A stretch of 62,080 bases of DNA, counting the filler. It is 4 parts of 4 records of this genome, joined end to end, with 100 filler letters (N's around TTAATTAATTAA, not from the genome) between each part and the next. Parts side by side here need not be neighbours in the genome. Positions count along the whole stretch, not along the records: positions 37,569 to 50,182 come from SRR20825006_344; 3 more parts are not named here. One strand, written 5' to 3'. The notes beneath the pieces were generated by a model. The model ran no database searches. It worked only from the letters and a program-made list of their open reading frames with translations, and was not told the DNA's origin. A program made the translations under genes and the position numbers. This document shows positions 37,628 to 47,117 of this stretch, piece by piece. How positions within the stretch are numbered: the stretch's first letter is position 1; every line of letters starts with the position of its first letter.

Positions 37628-40600
37628 TTAGAAGTTTGGCATCGGGCGCCAGTCGCGGTTGATCTTCTGGCCGATGTAGATGGTGTCGCGCCCCTCGTAG
37701 TAGCGCCAATATCGGTTCATAAAGCGCAGGACCTTCTTGGTGTATTCGCGCGCCTGGTCGTAGGGGATCTCCTCGACGAACTCATCCATGGGCATATCGC
37801 CGCGCATGTCGATCCACTCGGCGACGCGGTGTGGTCCGCCGTTGTAACCGGCGATGGCGAAGAGCTCCTGGCCGTGGAACTTGCGCACGAGCCTGGAGAA
37901 GTAGAAGACGCCGTGCCTGACGGCGACGTCTTCGTCCAACAGGTCGTAATGTCCGAAGTCTTCCTCGTGCAAAAGCTCTGCGGTCTTGAGACCAGTTCGG
38001 GGGATGACTTGAAGCAACCCGAGCGCCTCTGCGCGGCTCACGGAGTCGGGGTTATAGGAGCTCTCCACGGTCATCAGGGCCCAGACGAGGTAGGGGTTCA
38101 CGCCCCATTTCTTTGCCTCGGGGAGCACCAGATCGGGGAAGGCGCGCGGGTTCACCTGGAAGCGTCCCTTGGAGCCTCGGATGCCGGTGTCGAGGGTGTA
38201 GCGGCGGACCATGTAGTAATCGCCGACCTCTTTCATGGCGTCGACGAGGACGGGGCGAAGGTCGCGTTTGTTGCGGATGATCTCGCGCTGGCGCTCGAGC
38301 AGCGCCTTCTTGCCTTTCTCGTCCGAGGGCACAGGCCAGCGGTAGTCCTCCTCGATGTAACCCCAGGTCGATTTTTCGACGCGGCGGTTGTCGATGAGCG
38401 GGGTCATACGCTTGGCGCGAAGTTGGATCGGAGTGGCGCCTGGGAGGTAGGAGCGGTAGAGCTCGCGGAACTCCATGGAGACATCGCGGATGGCCCAGCG
38501 AGCCTGTTTTTGAAGGCCGATCTCACTGAGCCACTTGGCGCGCTCGAGCTTTGGAAACAGATGCCCCGCCTTCTCGATCGCGCGATCCAACCCACCGATG
38601 TAGCTATCCTCGCCGTAGGCCGCTGGCGTCTTCGGGTGTGGACCGATCGCTTCGCCGGCGTCGTAGCGCGCGAAGGCGAGCGATGACTTATCGCGACCTT
38701 CCCAGAAGATGCGGGCTTCGGTGGCCCAGTTGATGCGGTCGCGGTTGTTATCCTTGCTGACGAGTTTTTGGCGAGGTCCGGGTTGGATCCAGTCAGCGCC
38801 TTTGTTGGAAGGTTTGACATCTGCGACTGGCGCGGGGCGTTGTTCGCCGCGCGCGACGGCTTCTGGTTCGGCCTCTGTGGCCGGGGCAGGGGAGGTGCCT
38901 CGCGTGGCGAGCGCCGTGGGGGCGCCTTGAGAGGTCGCGATGCCGCAGATCGAGGATCGCGTTCCTTCGCTCTTGTCTCCGCAGATGGTGGGTTCGAGCA
39001 GTGAGCGCAGGCCATCGCCGAGGAAGTCACCGTGGCGAGGTTGCGATCGCTCGGAGACATCCTCGAGCGCGACGCGCGCGGCCATCTGAGCCATGGCGCG
39101 ATCATCGTTCGTGGTAGCGTCGAAGGTTTCGATGACTTCATCACCCGAGCGGGTGACGCGATCGGTCTCGACGAGCAGCGTCGAATCGAGCGCGTCGCGG
39201 CGCTGCATATCATCGAGGCGGTTGTGCGCCTGCAGTCCGTAGTAGGTCCTCGGGTGCTTGTCCCAGACCTCTTCGAAGAGCTTCTTTGCCTCGCGCTTTT
39301 TGCCATCGCGCTCCTTGGTGCGCGCGGCCCAGTAGGTGTAGCGCGCGTTGTTGCGGCCGGAAGATCTGGCCGCGAGCGCCATCAGGTTGGTGTAGGCTTC
39401 CTCGAAGTTGCCGGTCTTGTAGAGGAGCCAGGTGTAGTACCAGCCGCGCTTGCCGCCGGGTGGAGAGATCTTCTCGTAGATCTCGAGCGTGTCCTTGTAT
39501 TTGCCGTGATCGAAGAGGAACTCGGCGCGGGTGCGCAGCCTGGAGATCTCGTTATTGTTGGCGCGATCGAGTTCTTTTAGCGCCTCGTCCATCTTGCCGA
39601 ATTTGGCGAGCATGATGGCCAGGTACTTGTAGGTGGACTCCTGGTAGACGCCCTTGCGGTGGCCTGACTCGTAGGCGTTTTTAAGCTTCGTCAGGTAGTA
39701 GAGCGCCTCTTCGTAGCGCTTGGGGATGTAGGCGTTGAGCGCGAGCTGGAGCCAGATCTGATGGATCATCTCGGCGTGTTCGCCCTCTTCGGCCTCGATG
39801 TCTTCGATGAGCTCGAGGAAGAGGTCGCGCGAGTTATCCCAGTGTTTGTTGATGCGCAGCATACGGTAGCGCGCGTAGCGTTCGGAGAAGGAGTGCTCCT
39901 CGATGGCGTAGCCGGTCTCGACGAGCTCGTCCATGCGCTGCTTTGCCAGCTTGCCGCGCTCCTTGAAGGAGTAATCGAACCAGACCTTCTGGTAGGCCAG
40001 GGCGGCATCCTCGAGCTTGCCGAGTTTATCGAGCGCGATGGCGTACTCGTGCATGGAGCGGTGGCGCCTGGGGTAATCGGTGTAGGTCTCGTTGACGTAG
40101 GCGAGCTCCTTGGCGGCGCGCTCCCACTCCTGGGCGGCGAACAGGGCGTGCGCTCGGGCGACGCGCGCGCGGTGCGCCATCGGGCTGTCTTTATCCGCGG
40201 AGACGACCTTGTAGGCTTTGTAGGCGCTCATATGCTGGCCGAGCGCTTCGTAACTCTGTGCGCGCAGCCAGTGCTTGTAGTCATCGATAGGGGTGCTCCC
40301 CTCGATCCCTTCGAGGACCTCGATGGCGGTGTCTGGGCGATCGGCTTGATGCAGGACGCGCGCGAGCAGCATGCGAACACGAGCGCTCGATTCGCGCGCG
40401 GCGCGTGGGAGCCTCCCATGGTCATCTTCCTGCGCTTCGAGCTTCTCGAGCAACGTGAGCAGCAGGAGCTGCGCCTCGGGGTAGCGCTTCTCTGTGAGGT
40501 AGCCCCTGGCGACCTTCATGGCGTGCTCTTCGCTCTGCGCGAGCGAGGTCGTGAGCGCTTTTTGCGTGGCGCTTTCGGTGCTGACGCGCGCGAGCTCGAT

Positions 40601-40786
40601 GACCGAGGGGGTCCGTAGCCGCGTCTCGATATCGAGGATATCGCTGGCGGTGACAGGGGTCGCGTCGATGGGCGCGACCGGGATCATGCGCTCGGCTTGC
40701 AGGGATGGCGTGAAGAGCGCCATCGTGAGCGCTCCGGTGCCCACCAGGAGGCCGAGAAAGGTGGGGATGCGGCGTTTCGAGCTCAT
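37628..40786 (-). CDS. TPR-containing soluble lytic transglycosylase (Slt-like)
   Basis: ALMTVESSY, ALGLLQVIP, AGYNGG, EEIPYDQAREYTKKV; N-terminal signal peptide and TPR-like helices. Confidence 0.9.
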   Translation of the reverse strand: MSSKRRIPTFLGLLVGTGALTMALFTPSLQAERMIPVAPIDATPVTASDILDIETRLRTPSVIELARVSTESATQKALTTSLAQSEEHAMKVARGYLTEKRYPEAQLLLLTLLEKLEAQEDDHGRLPRAARESSARVRMLLARVLHQADRPDTAIEVLEGIEGSTPIDDYKHWLRAQSYEALGQHMSAYKAYKVVSADKDSPMAHRARVARAHALFAAQEWERAAKELAYVNETYTDYPRRHRSMHEYAIALDKLGKLEDAALAYQKVWFDYSFKERGKLAKQRMDELVETGYAIEEHSFSERYARYRMLRINKHWDNSRDLFLELIEDIEAEEGEHAEMIHQIWLQLALNAYIPKRYEEALYYLTKLKNAYESGHRKGVYQESTYKYLAIMLAKFGKMDEALKELDRANNNEISRLRTRAEFLFDHGKYKDTLEIYEKISPPGGKRGWYYTWLLYKTGNFEEAYTNLMALAARSSGRNNARYTYWAARTKERDGKKREAKKLFEEVWDKHPRTYYGLQAHNRLDDMQRRDALDSTLLVETDRVTRSGDEVIETFDATTNDDRAMAQMAARVALEDVSERSQPRHGDFLGDGLRSLLEPTICGDKSEGTRSSICGIATSQGAPTALATRGTSPAPATEAEPEAVARGEQRPAPVADVKPSNKGADWIQPGPRQKLVSKDNNRDRINWATEARIFWEGRDKSSLAFARYDAGEAIGPHPKTPAAYGEDSYIGGLDRAIEKAGHLFPKLERAKWLSEIGLQKQARWAIRDVSMEFRELYRSYLPGATPIQLRAKRMTPLIDNRRVEKSTWGYIEEDYRWPVPSDEKGKKALLERQREIIRNKRDLRPVLVDAMKEVGDYYMVRRYTLDTGIRGSKGRFQVNPRAFPDLVLPEAKKWGVNPYLVWALMTVESSYNPDSVSRAEALGLLQVIPRTGLKTAELLHEEDFGHYDLLDEDVAVRHGVFYFSRLVRKFHGQELFAIAGYNGGPHRVAEWIDMRGDMPMDEFVEEIPYDQAREYTKKVLRFMNRYWRYYEGRDTIYIGQKINRDWRPMPNF

Positions 40787-41102
40787 CCGATCTCCGTGAT
40801 TGGGAATGTGCTTCGTGGTGCTGTGACCCCTCCACCCGCTTCTGTTACCGAGCTCGAGACATCCTTGTCTCCCGGGGGTTCTCCCATACTAGGGAAGTTC
40901 TTGCGCTGCCGCAAAAAACTATCCGCCCCGGGGTGTCTAAGGTCTGGTTGAAAACCAATGGTCTTCAGTAGTTTAACCGTTTTGAATGCCCAGTTCTTCC
41001 CGTCAGAGCAGACAAACTGGAGAGATCCTGCTGAGATGGTAAGGTAAAAGAGGAGAGAGCGAAGGCGCGCTCACGCGCTCGAGGATGCATCAGGGATTGG
41101 CG

Positions 41103-42602
41103 ATGACGAGCAAAGAGCAAGGCGCAGACGATGCACAGGATGCACAGGAGGCGTCCTCGAAGAAGGGAGGAGGGGACGGGACCTTCCTCGAGCGGGGCGC
41201 GGCCTACATCCGCCATATCCTGCGCACTTACCGCGAGGGGACGCATCACCAGGAGCTCTCTCTGCGCGAGCGCGCCTTCGCGACGCCAGCGCAGCTCATC
41301 CTCTTGACGGCCAGGGAGTTGTTGCGCGATCGACTCGTCGAGCGCGCCTCGAGCCTCTCGTTCTTTTCGGTGCTCTCGATCGTGCCGCTGTTGTCGGTGA
41401 TCACGGCGTTGCTCGGCGCGTTTGGCGTCTTTCACTCGGCGGAGAGCGATCTGGCGGCCTACCTCGTGGTGTTGTTTCCCGCGGTGGGCGCCGAGATGGT
41501 CAAGTACCTCCAGGAGTTCTCGCTGCGGGGCGCCTCCTCCATCGGCGGGATCAACGGCGTGGTGTTGTTGGTGATCTCGATCTTTCTGTTCAATTCGATC
41601 GAGCGCTCGCTGACGGCGATGTGGAACGGGGCGCACAACCGCTCGTTGGTGGCCAAGTTCCTGATGTTTTATACGATGATCACGCTCGGCCCGCTGCTGC
41701 TGATCCTATCGGTGGTGCAGACAGCGAGCGCGCAGTTATTTATCGACAACAGGTTGGGGATCGACACCACAGGGTTTGATCGCCTGCTGCCGCTCGGTTA
41801 CGCGCTGGTGGTCTTCACGCTGATGAACAAGATCTTGCCGAACGTGAAGGTGGATTGGCGGCCGGCGTTGTTTGGAGGGTTGGTCACCGCGCTCGGGTTC
41901 GAGCTGGCGAAGTTCGGGTTCAATCAATACGTGGCGTTCTTTCTCTCGGACTCCTACAACCGCCTCTACGGGGCGCTGGGCACGGTCGCGATCTTCTTTT
42001 TGTGGGTGTACGTGACGTGGATGGTGATCCTGATCGGGTCCGAGCTCGCGTATTGCTACCAGCATATGGAGCGCCTGCTGCAACTGGACACGCCGCTCGA
42101 GGAGACGCTGTTCCAGGGGCGGCACCAGAACGAGCGCCTCTATGATCCGCTGGTCTGTCTGGACGTGTTGACGCCGATCATGGTCGCCTACCGCAGCGGA
42201 GAGGGGGCAGTGAGCGAGGATTACGTCGCGTTCGCCACGGGTTACGACGCGGCGGTCGTGCGGGATGTGGTCGAGCGGCTGGTGGACGAGCGCGTGTTGC
42301 TCGTGACGGGCACGACGCGTCGTGGGGTCAGCCAGATCATGCCCGCCAAGCCGATGGAGAGCATCCTGTTGGTGGACGTCGTGGCGTTGTTTATGGGGGC
42401 GAGATCGAGGTTAAAGGGGGCGGAGGTCTTGCAGAACTTGCGCGAGGATCACTGGGAGCGTTTGATGGATGTGTTGGCGGGGAAGACGGCCTGGGATCTG
42501 GCCAACGCGCAGGTGCTCGACGAGGAGACGCGCGAGATCATCCGCAGAGAGGCAGACAAAGAACGCCTCTCGCTTTCTGAGGAAGGAGAGGCGTTGGCGT
42601 GA
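41103..42602 (+). CDS. YihY/virulence factor BrkB family membrane protein with C-terminal wHTH-like domain
   Basis: RASSLSFFSVLSIVPL, YNRLYGALG, W.VILIGSE. Confidence 0.88.
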   Translation: MTSKEQGADDAQDAQEASSKKGGGDGTFLERGAAYIRHILRTYREGTHHQELSLRERAFATPAQLILLTARELLRDRLVERASSLSFFSVLSIVPLLSVITALLGAFGVFHSAESDLAAYLVVLFPAVGAEMVKYLQEFSLRGASSIGGINGVVLLVISIFLFNSIERSLTAMWNGAHNRSLVAKFLMFYTMITLGPLLLILSVVQTASAQLFIDNRLGIDTTGFDRLLPLGYALVVFTLMNKILPNVKVDWRPALFGGLVTALGFELAKFGFNQYVAFFLSDSYNRLYGALGTVAIFFLWVYVTWMVILIGSELAYCYQHMERLLQLDTPLEETLFQGRHQNERLYDPLVCLDVLTPIMVAYRSGEGAVSEDYVAFATGYDAAVVRDVVERLVDERVLLVTGTTRRGVSQIMPAKPMESILLVDVVALFMGARSRLKGAEVLQNLREDHWERLMDVLAGKTAWDLANAQVLDEETREIIRREADKERLSLSEEGEALA

Positions 42603-42652
42603 GCGTCTGGTGTTTTGAATCTTGCAGAGGGTGAGGGCGTTGAAGATCGCGC

Positions 42653-42868
42653 TCAGGAAGCCGTCAGGCGGCTGATCTGATCCTTGAGGGCGAGCTTGCG
42701 CTTCTTGATGACCATCATCTCGTATTGTTCTTCCGGGCTCAGGGAACGCTGCCTGTCGAGCCTGCCGAGGCGAGAGTCGAGGGCTTCGTGTTCGGCGCGG
42801 AGAGCATCGAGCGTGAGGTTTTTGTCGCGACGACCAAGAAGAGCATTCTTCACCATGAGAGCCTCCAT
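42653..42868 (-). CDS. DUF465/YdcH-like small coiled-coil protein
   Basis: EHEALDSRL..KKRKLALKDQI. Confidence 0.8.
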   Translation of the reverse strand: MEALMVKNALLGRRDKNLTLDALRAEHEALDSRLGRLDRQRSLSPEEQYEMMVIKKRKLALKDQISRLTAS

Positions 42869-43149
42869 GAACAGTACGGTTGCGGTGTGGGTCAGGGCGT
42901 GTGTCGAGGTTGCCTTTGCCCTTGGTGATAAACGTCGGTTTTCATCTCGCGAGCATCACGTGATCCAGATGTGGACAGGGCGGCAACTTTTCAACACAAG
43001 CGCCTGAATTTTATGGGGCTTCTATTTTAGGGTCAAGGTCGCAAAAGGGCTGCGCGCGACCTCGAAAGGGTCGATGGCCGCGGGGGCGCATGTCGCTGCG
43101 GTTTCATGGGAAGCAAAAAATCATCGCTCCAGAGCAGTGAAAAAACGTA

Positions 43150-43178
43150 TTGACAGCCAAACCGAGTTCCCTTAAAAC
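43150..43178 (+). promoter_or_regulatory. Sigma70-like promoter of the tRNA
   Basis: TTGACA-17 bp-TAAAAC preceded by an A-tract. Confidence 0.6.
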
Positions 43179-43229
43179 CTCTCTTCCCTGACCGACCCCG
43201 ATTCTTTTCGGGGAATTCGAGAAGTAGAT

Positions 43230-43301
43230 GGCCCGTTCGTCTAGTGGTCAGGACGCCGGCCTCTCACGCCGGTAACACGGGTTCGAATCCCGTACGGGTC
43301 A
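43230..43301 (+). tRNA. tRNA-Glu (anticodon CTC), CCA not encoded
   Basis: Acceptor GGCCCGT/ACGGGTC, anticodon arm CCGGC-CTCTCAC-GCCGG, T-loop GGTTCGAATCC. Confidence 0.96.
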
Positions 43302-43305
43302 CTTC

Positions 43306-43350
43306 TAAAAATGAGAGCAACGTGCTTGACGCATGTTGCTCTCATTTTTA
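43306..43350. terminator. 20-bp stem hairpin after the tRNA
   Basis: TAAAAATGAGAGCAACGTGC-TTGAC-GCATGTTGCTCTCATTTTTA. Confidence 0.65.
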
Positions 43351-43477
43351 TGTTCGATTCGCGCCCTGGCCCCTTAAAAGGTCAGGGCGCGAATCAAAGA
43401 AAGCATGCAAGGAAAAACGTCGCGCCGGATTTGGCTGACCGAACCCCGACGCGCGTGCAACTCCACAGGAGGATATC

Positions 43478-43672
43478 ATGGCAGGACGTCGTCCAGCGAA
43501 AATTGCTTCGAAGAAGAAAGGTAAGGCGGTAGCAAAGGAGTGCCCTCAGACGGGTAAGCCAATGATGGTCGTCAAGCTCGTGCGCGCCAACGGCCCTAGC
43601 GGCATGTTCTGGGTCCACGAGGACTTCGATGGATCGGAAAAGGCGCTCGGCTACGCACTTCCCGTGCGCTGA
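43478..43672 (+). CDS. Small basic hypothetical protein
   Basis: Strong AGGAGG RBS, 64 aa. Confidence 0.65.
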   Translation: MAGRRPAKIASKKKGKAVAKECPQTGKPMMVVKLVRANGPSGMFWVHEDFDGSEKALGYALPVR

Positions 43673-44014
43673 AATTGCCTTCGACGGCCCCGCGGCCTGC
43701 TATGTCTTGTCGACGCGTGATGCTTTGTTTAAAGCGCGCCTCGGCGGCTAAAATGGCCAGGAATTGAGTGGAGAGGGTTTGTGCTCGAGCAATCGACGAG
43801 CGCAAACCCTCTCTCTTTTTTCGCCTCCCTTTCCTTTGGGGTCGAATCCGACTATCTTTTCGGCTCGTGGAGCGCAGCCATACTGCGCTCTGGCTGGAAT
43901 GGTAGGAGGCGATGCAACCGTTGCTCTCCTGAGGCCTTTGCTCGAACTCTCCCAGAAACATGGCTTTCTGGAGCGGGCGGGCACGCTGGTTTGGTTCCCA
44001 AGAAGGATGACTCG

Positions 44015-46336
44015 ATGAATCCCACCCCCTCGGCGCTTCGCCGTTTGCCTGTCACGATCATTGCCACCTTGATCCTCCTCGCGTTGTCTGCGACCTCCGC
44101 CCTGGCTCAGGGTGGCAGCGTGCGCTACTCCTACGAGAAGATCTATGTCGCGGGCTCCGAGCAGTACGCGCTCGTGCCTCGCGCCGAAATCAAGGACATC
44201 AACGCCAATGGCAAGGTCTCCAAGGGAGACGCCATCAAGGCCTTCGACCTGCTCAAGTCCAGAAAGGGCAACGTCTACGGCAGCGCTTCGGTCAAGATCT
44301 TGCCAGGCAAGTGGCCTGACAAGGCGCGTATTCAGGTCAACATCGACCGCAAATACGCCGCCTACGCCGAGGTCGTCATGGCCGAGGTCGTCTACACCTT
44401 CGCAGAGATGGGCCTTGATGGAGGCGTCGAGTTTCCTGGCTACGCCGACGGCGCGGTCAAGCGCAGTGATATTCGCTTCCCCGTCTACACGCTGACGCTC
44501 CCGATGTGGCAGGCGCTCCCTCCCGTCGAGGCATCGCCCGCTCAGGTCACGCTCTCCAACGGCGAGACGCTCTGGGCAGGGGACTTCTACCAGCGCTGGA
44601 AGAAGAAGGATGATGCGCTCGTCAAGGACCTCTACGGGTTCCTCGAGAGCTCGAACGCGCTGACGGTCGTCTCGGTGATGCGCAAGCTCCCATCGCTCAA
44701 GATCCCTTACACCGCTCAGGTGATCCCGCTGCTCGCGCACTCCAATCAGTTGGTGCGCGCCGAGGCGATCCGCGCGCTCGAGGCCGAGCGTGACGAGGTC
44801 GCCGTCCTCGAAGCGGTCGCCGTCAGGCTCGACGACAAGAAGGAGAGCGTGCCCGCGCTTCAAAAGCAGGCCGCCGAGTTCCTCGGGAAGTCCAAAAACA
44901 AGAAGTACGCCATCCTCGAGCCGATCTGGACCATCCAGAACGCCGAGAAGGAAGACGAGGCCAAGAAGGCGATCGGCGACCTTATCAAGTTCAAGGGCGA
45001 TGATCGCGTCTCCTCGACGCTCGCGAAAGAGGTCGCCGGCAAGCGCCAGGCGGTCGCCGAAGCTGCCATCGATGCGCTCGGCAAGATCAACGATGACGCC
45101 ACGCGCCTTAAACTCCTCGAGGACGAGAAGGTCGACACCGCGCGCCTGATCCTCGTCGCCAAGGATCTTAGCCAGGAGAAGGCAGCCGCACCGCGCGTCG
45201 CGGGCCTGAGCTTTATCGCCGCCAACTCCACCGCACAGCGCGAGGCGGAGCGCGCGATCGAGGAGCTCGCCAAAGGAAAGGACGAGGCGTCTCGCAAGGC
45301 CGCCGAAGCGTTCCTGATGGACAAGATCGACTGGCGACGTCAAGCCGCCGCCGCAGGGCTCGCCGCGCGCGACGCGGTCGAATCACTCCCCGCGTTCGCC
45401 ACCGCGATCAAGAAGTACAAGAACGATCGCGAGCTCGAGGACGCGGGCTACACCATCATGCTCAGCCAATCGCTCAAGACGATCCTCGAGCAGACCAAGG
45501 CCAAGGATAACATCACCCAGCGCCTCGCCTACCGCGCGCTCGGTGAGCGCGCCGTCAAGGAGAAGGCTGGCTCCAAGGTCATGGATACGCTCGAGGCGGG
45601 CGCGAGCAACAAGGACCCCTTGATTCGCGGCGCGTCCGCGCGCGCGCTCGGTGAGTTCGCCAACAAGGACGCCGCCGACATCCTCTCGGGGATGGTCAAG
45701 GATCGCGACGAGGATGTGCGTCGCGATGTGGCGATCGCTATCGGCAAGCTCAAGGATGGCGCGCTCGTCGACGCGCTCATCGGCTACCTCGATGACAAAT
45801 CTCCCGAGGTCGTCGCCGCGGCGATCGACTCGCTCGGCGTCCGCAAGGAAGCCGCCGCCTGGGATCGCATCAAGGGTTACGCCGACAGTAAGGACCCTGT
45901 GATTCGCGCCTCGGCGCTTCGCGGGCTCGCGAGGCTCACCAGCCGCGATGACAAGCAAACCGTCACCGAGGTCATCTCGATCCTCTCTGGCGCCGTCAAC
46001 GATAAGAACCTCGACGTGCGCAAGCGCGCCATCGAGCAGCTCGGCACCTTCAAGGACGAGAACGCCGTGCTCGCCATCGCCGCGCAGCTCCAGGCCAAGG
46101 AGACCGACGTTCGCATCGCCGCCATCCGCGCACTGGGGACCACCAAGCACCCCTCGGCCACGCCGCTCGTGACCGACGCGCTCGAGGACCCCAATGCCGA
46201 GATTCGCCGCGCCGCGACCCTCGCCGTCGCGGACCTCGAGGACAAGTCCGCGCGAAAGGATCTCCAGGCTCAGATGGACAAGGAGCAAGATGACGAGCTC
46301 AAGTCCATGATGCGCGATACGCTCAAGAAGCTTTGA
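44015..46336 (+). CDS. Exported HEAT/PBS-lyase repeat protein
   Basis: Signal peptide after MNPTPS; many D....VR..A..ALG repeats. Confidence 0.85.
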   Translation: MNPTPSALRRLPVTIIATLILLALSATSALAQGGSVRYSYEKIYVAGSEQYALVPRAEIKDINANGKVSKGDAIKAFDLLKSRKGNVYGSASVKILPGKWPDKARIQVNIDRKYAAYAEVVMAEVVYTFAEMGLDGGVEFPGYADGAVKRSDIRFPVYTLTLPMWQALPPVEASPAQVTLSNGETLWAGDFYQRWKKKDDALVKDLYGFLESSNALTVVSVMRKLPSLKIPYTAQVIPLLAHSNQLVRAEAIRALEAERDEVAVLEAVAVRLDDKKESVPALQKQAAEFLGKSKNKKYAILEPIWTIQNAEKEDEAKKAIGDLIKFKGDDRVSSTLAKEVAGKRQAVAEAAIDALGKINDDATRLKLLEDEKVDTARLILVAKDLSQEKAAAPRVAGLSFIAANSTAQREAERAIEELAKGKDEASRKAAEAFLMDKIDWRRQAAAAGLAARDAVESLPAFATAIKKYKNDRELEDAGYTIMLSQSLKTILEQTKAKDNITQRLAYRALGERAVKEKAGSKVMDTLEAGASNKDPLIRGASARALGEFANKDAADILSGMVKDRDEDVRRDVAIAIGKLKDGALVDALIGYLDDKSPEVVAAAIDSLGVRKEAAAWDRIKGYADSKDPVIRASALRGLARLTSRDDKQTVTEVISILSGAVNDKNLDVRKRAIEQLGTFKDENAVLAIAAQLQAKETDVRIAAIRALGTTKHPSATPLVTDALEDPNAEIRRAATLAVADLEDKSARKDLQAQMDKEQDDELKSMMRDTLKKL

Positions 46337-46370
46337 AACCGGGAGCGCCCTCGTGAACAACCTGTCTTCG

Positions 46371-47117
46371 ATGCGTCCTCTCGTGGTCGCCAGCGCGTTG
46401 GTCGCGCTGGCGCTCGCGAGCGGATGTGAGAAAAACCGCGCTCGCGACGACGCCCGCGCCAACGCGCCAGAGACCACCGCGACCGCGACGACAACTGGCG
46501 AGGCCGCCGCCACGACGGGCGGCGCGAGGTCTCCAGCGCCGCCAAAAGAGACCGCCCCTGCGCCCGAGGTCAAACCCTCGATCGCTGATGCGATGAAAGA
46601 GGCCAAGGGGAGCGCCTGTTTCAATGACCAGGGTTGCCCAGGGTATCTGCGATGCCTTGGCGATAAGGTCTGCACCGTGCCGCCCGCCATGACTGGCAAG
46701 CACGACGAGAAGACGCCCGTGGTGACCTTCACGGGCGCAGACGGCAAGGAGATCGCGCGCTACTACTCCGAGCTCGCGGTGAATAACCCGGAGCGGATGC
46801 GCGGGCTGATGTATCGCCCCACGATGAAGCAGGATTGGGGGATGCTGTTTGTCTATCCTCCCGGTGATCGCGACCTGAGCTTCTGGATGAAGAACACCTA
46901 CATCCCGCTCGATATGGTCTTTATCGACACGGGCGGCAAGGTCGTCGGGATCGTCAAGGGCGCCGAACCGCTCACGCTCGGACCGCGCACTCCGGGCAAG
47001 CCCTCACGCTTTGTCCTCGAGCTCGTGGCGGGAGAGGCTGAGAGAGCTGGCATCAAACCGGGTATGCAGATGGAGCTGCTGAACGCACCACGCGATGACT
47101 ACAAACCCCTCCGATGA
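46371..47117 (+). CDS. DUF192-domain lipoprotein
   Basis: Lipobox ASGC; RGLMYR, GMLFVY, FWMKNTYIPLDMVFI, VLEL. Confidence 0.88.
   Translation: MRPLVVASALVALALASGCEKNRARDDARANAPETTATATTTGEAAATTGGARSPAPPKETAPAPEVKPSIADAMKEAKGSACFNDQGCPGYLRCLGDKVCTVPPAMTGKHDEKTPVVTFTGADGKEIARYYSELAVNNPERMRGLMYRPTMKQDWGMLFVYPPGDRDLSFWMKNTYIPLDMVFIDTGGKVVGIVKGAEPLTLGPRTPGKPSRFVLELVAGEAERAGIKPGMQMELLNAPRDDYKPLR

Noticed and set aside
43230-43301. tRNA-Glu as an integration site
   Set aside because: No integrase or duplicated tRNA 3' end in this contig
43748-46747. Long antisense ORFs (531 aa and 454 aa) opposite the HEAT protein
   Set aside because: Shadow frames typical of high-GC coding DNA, with no motifs
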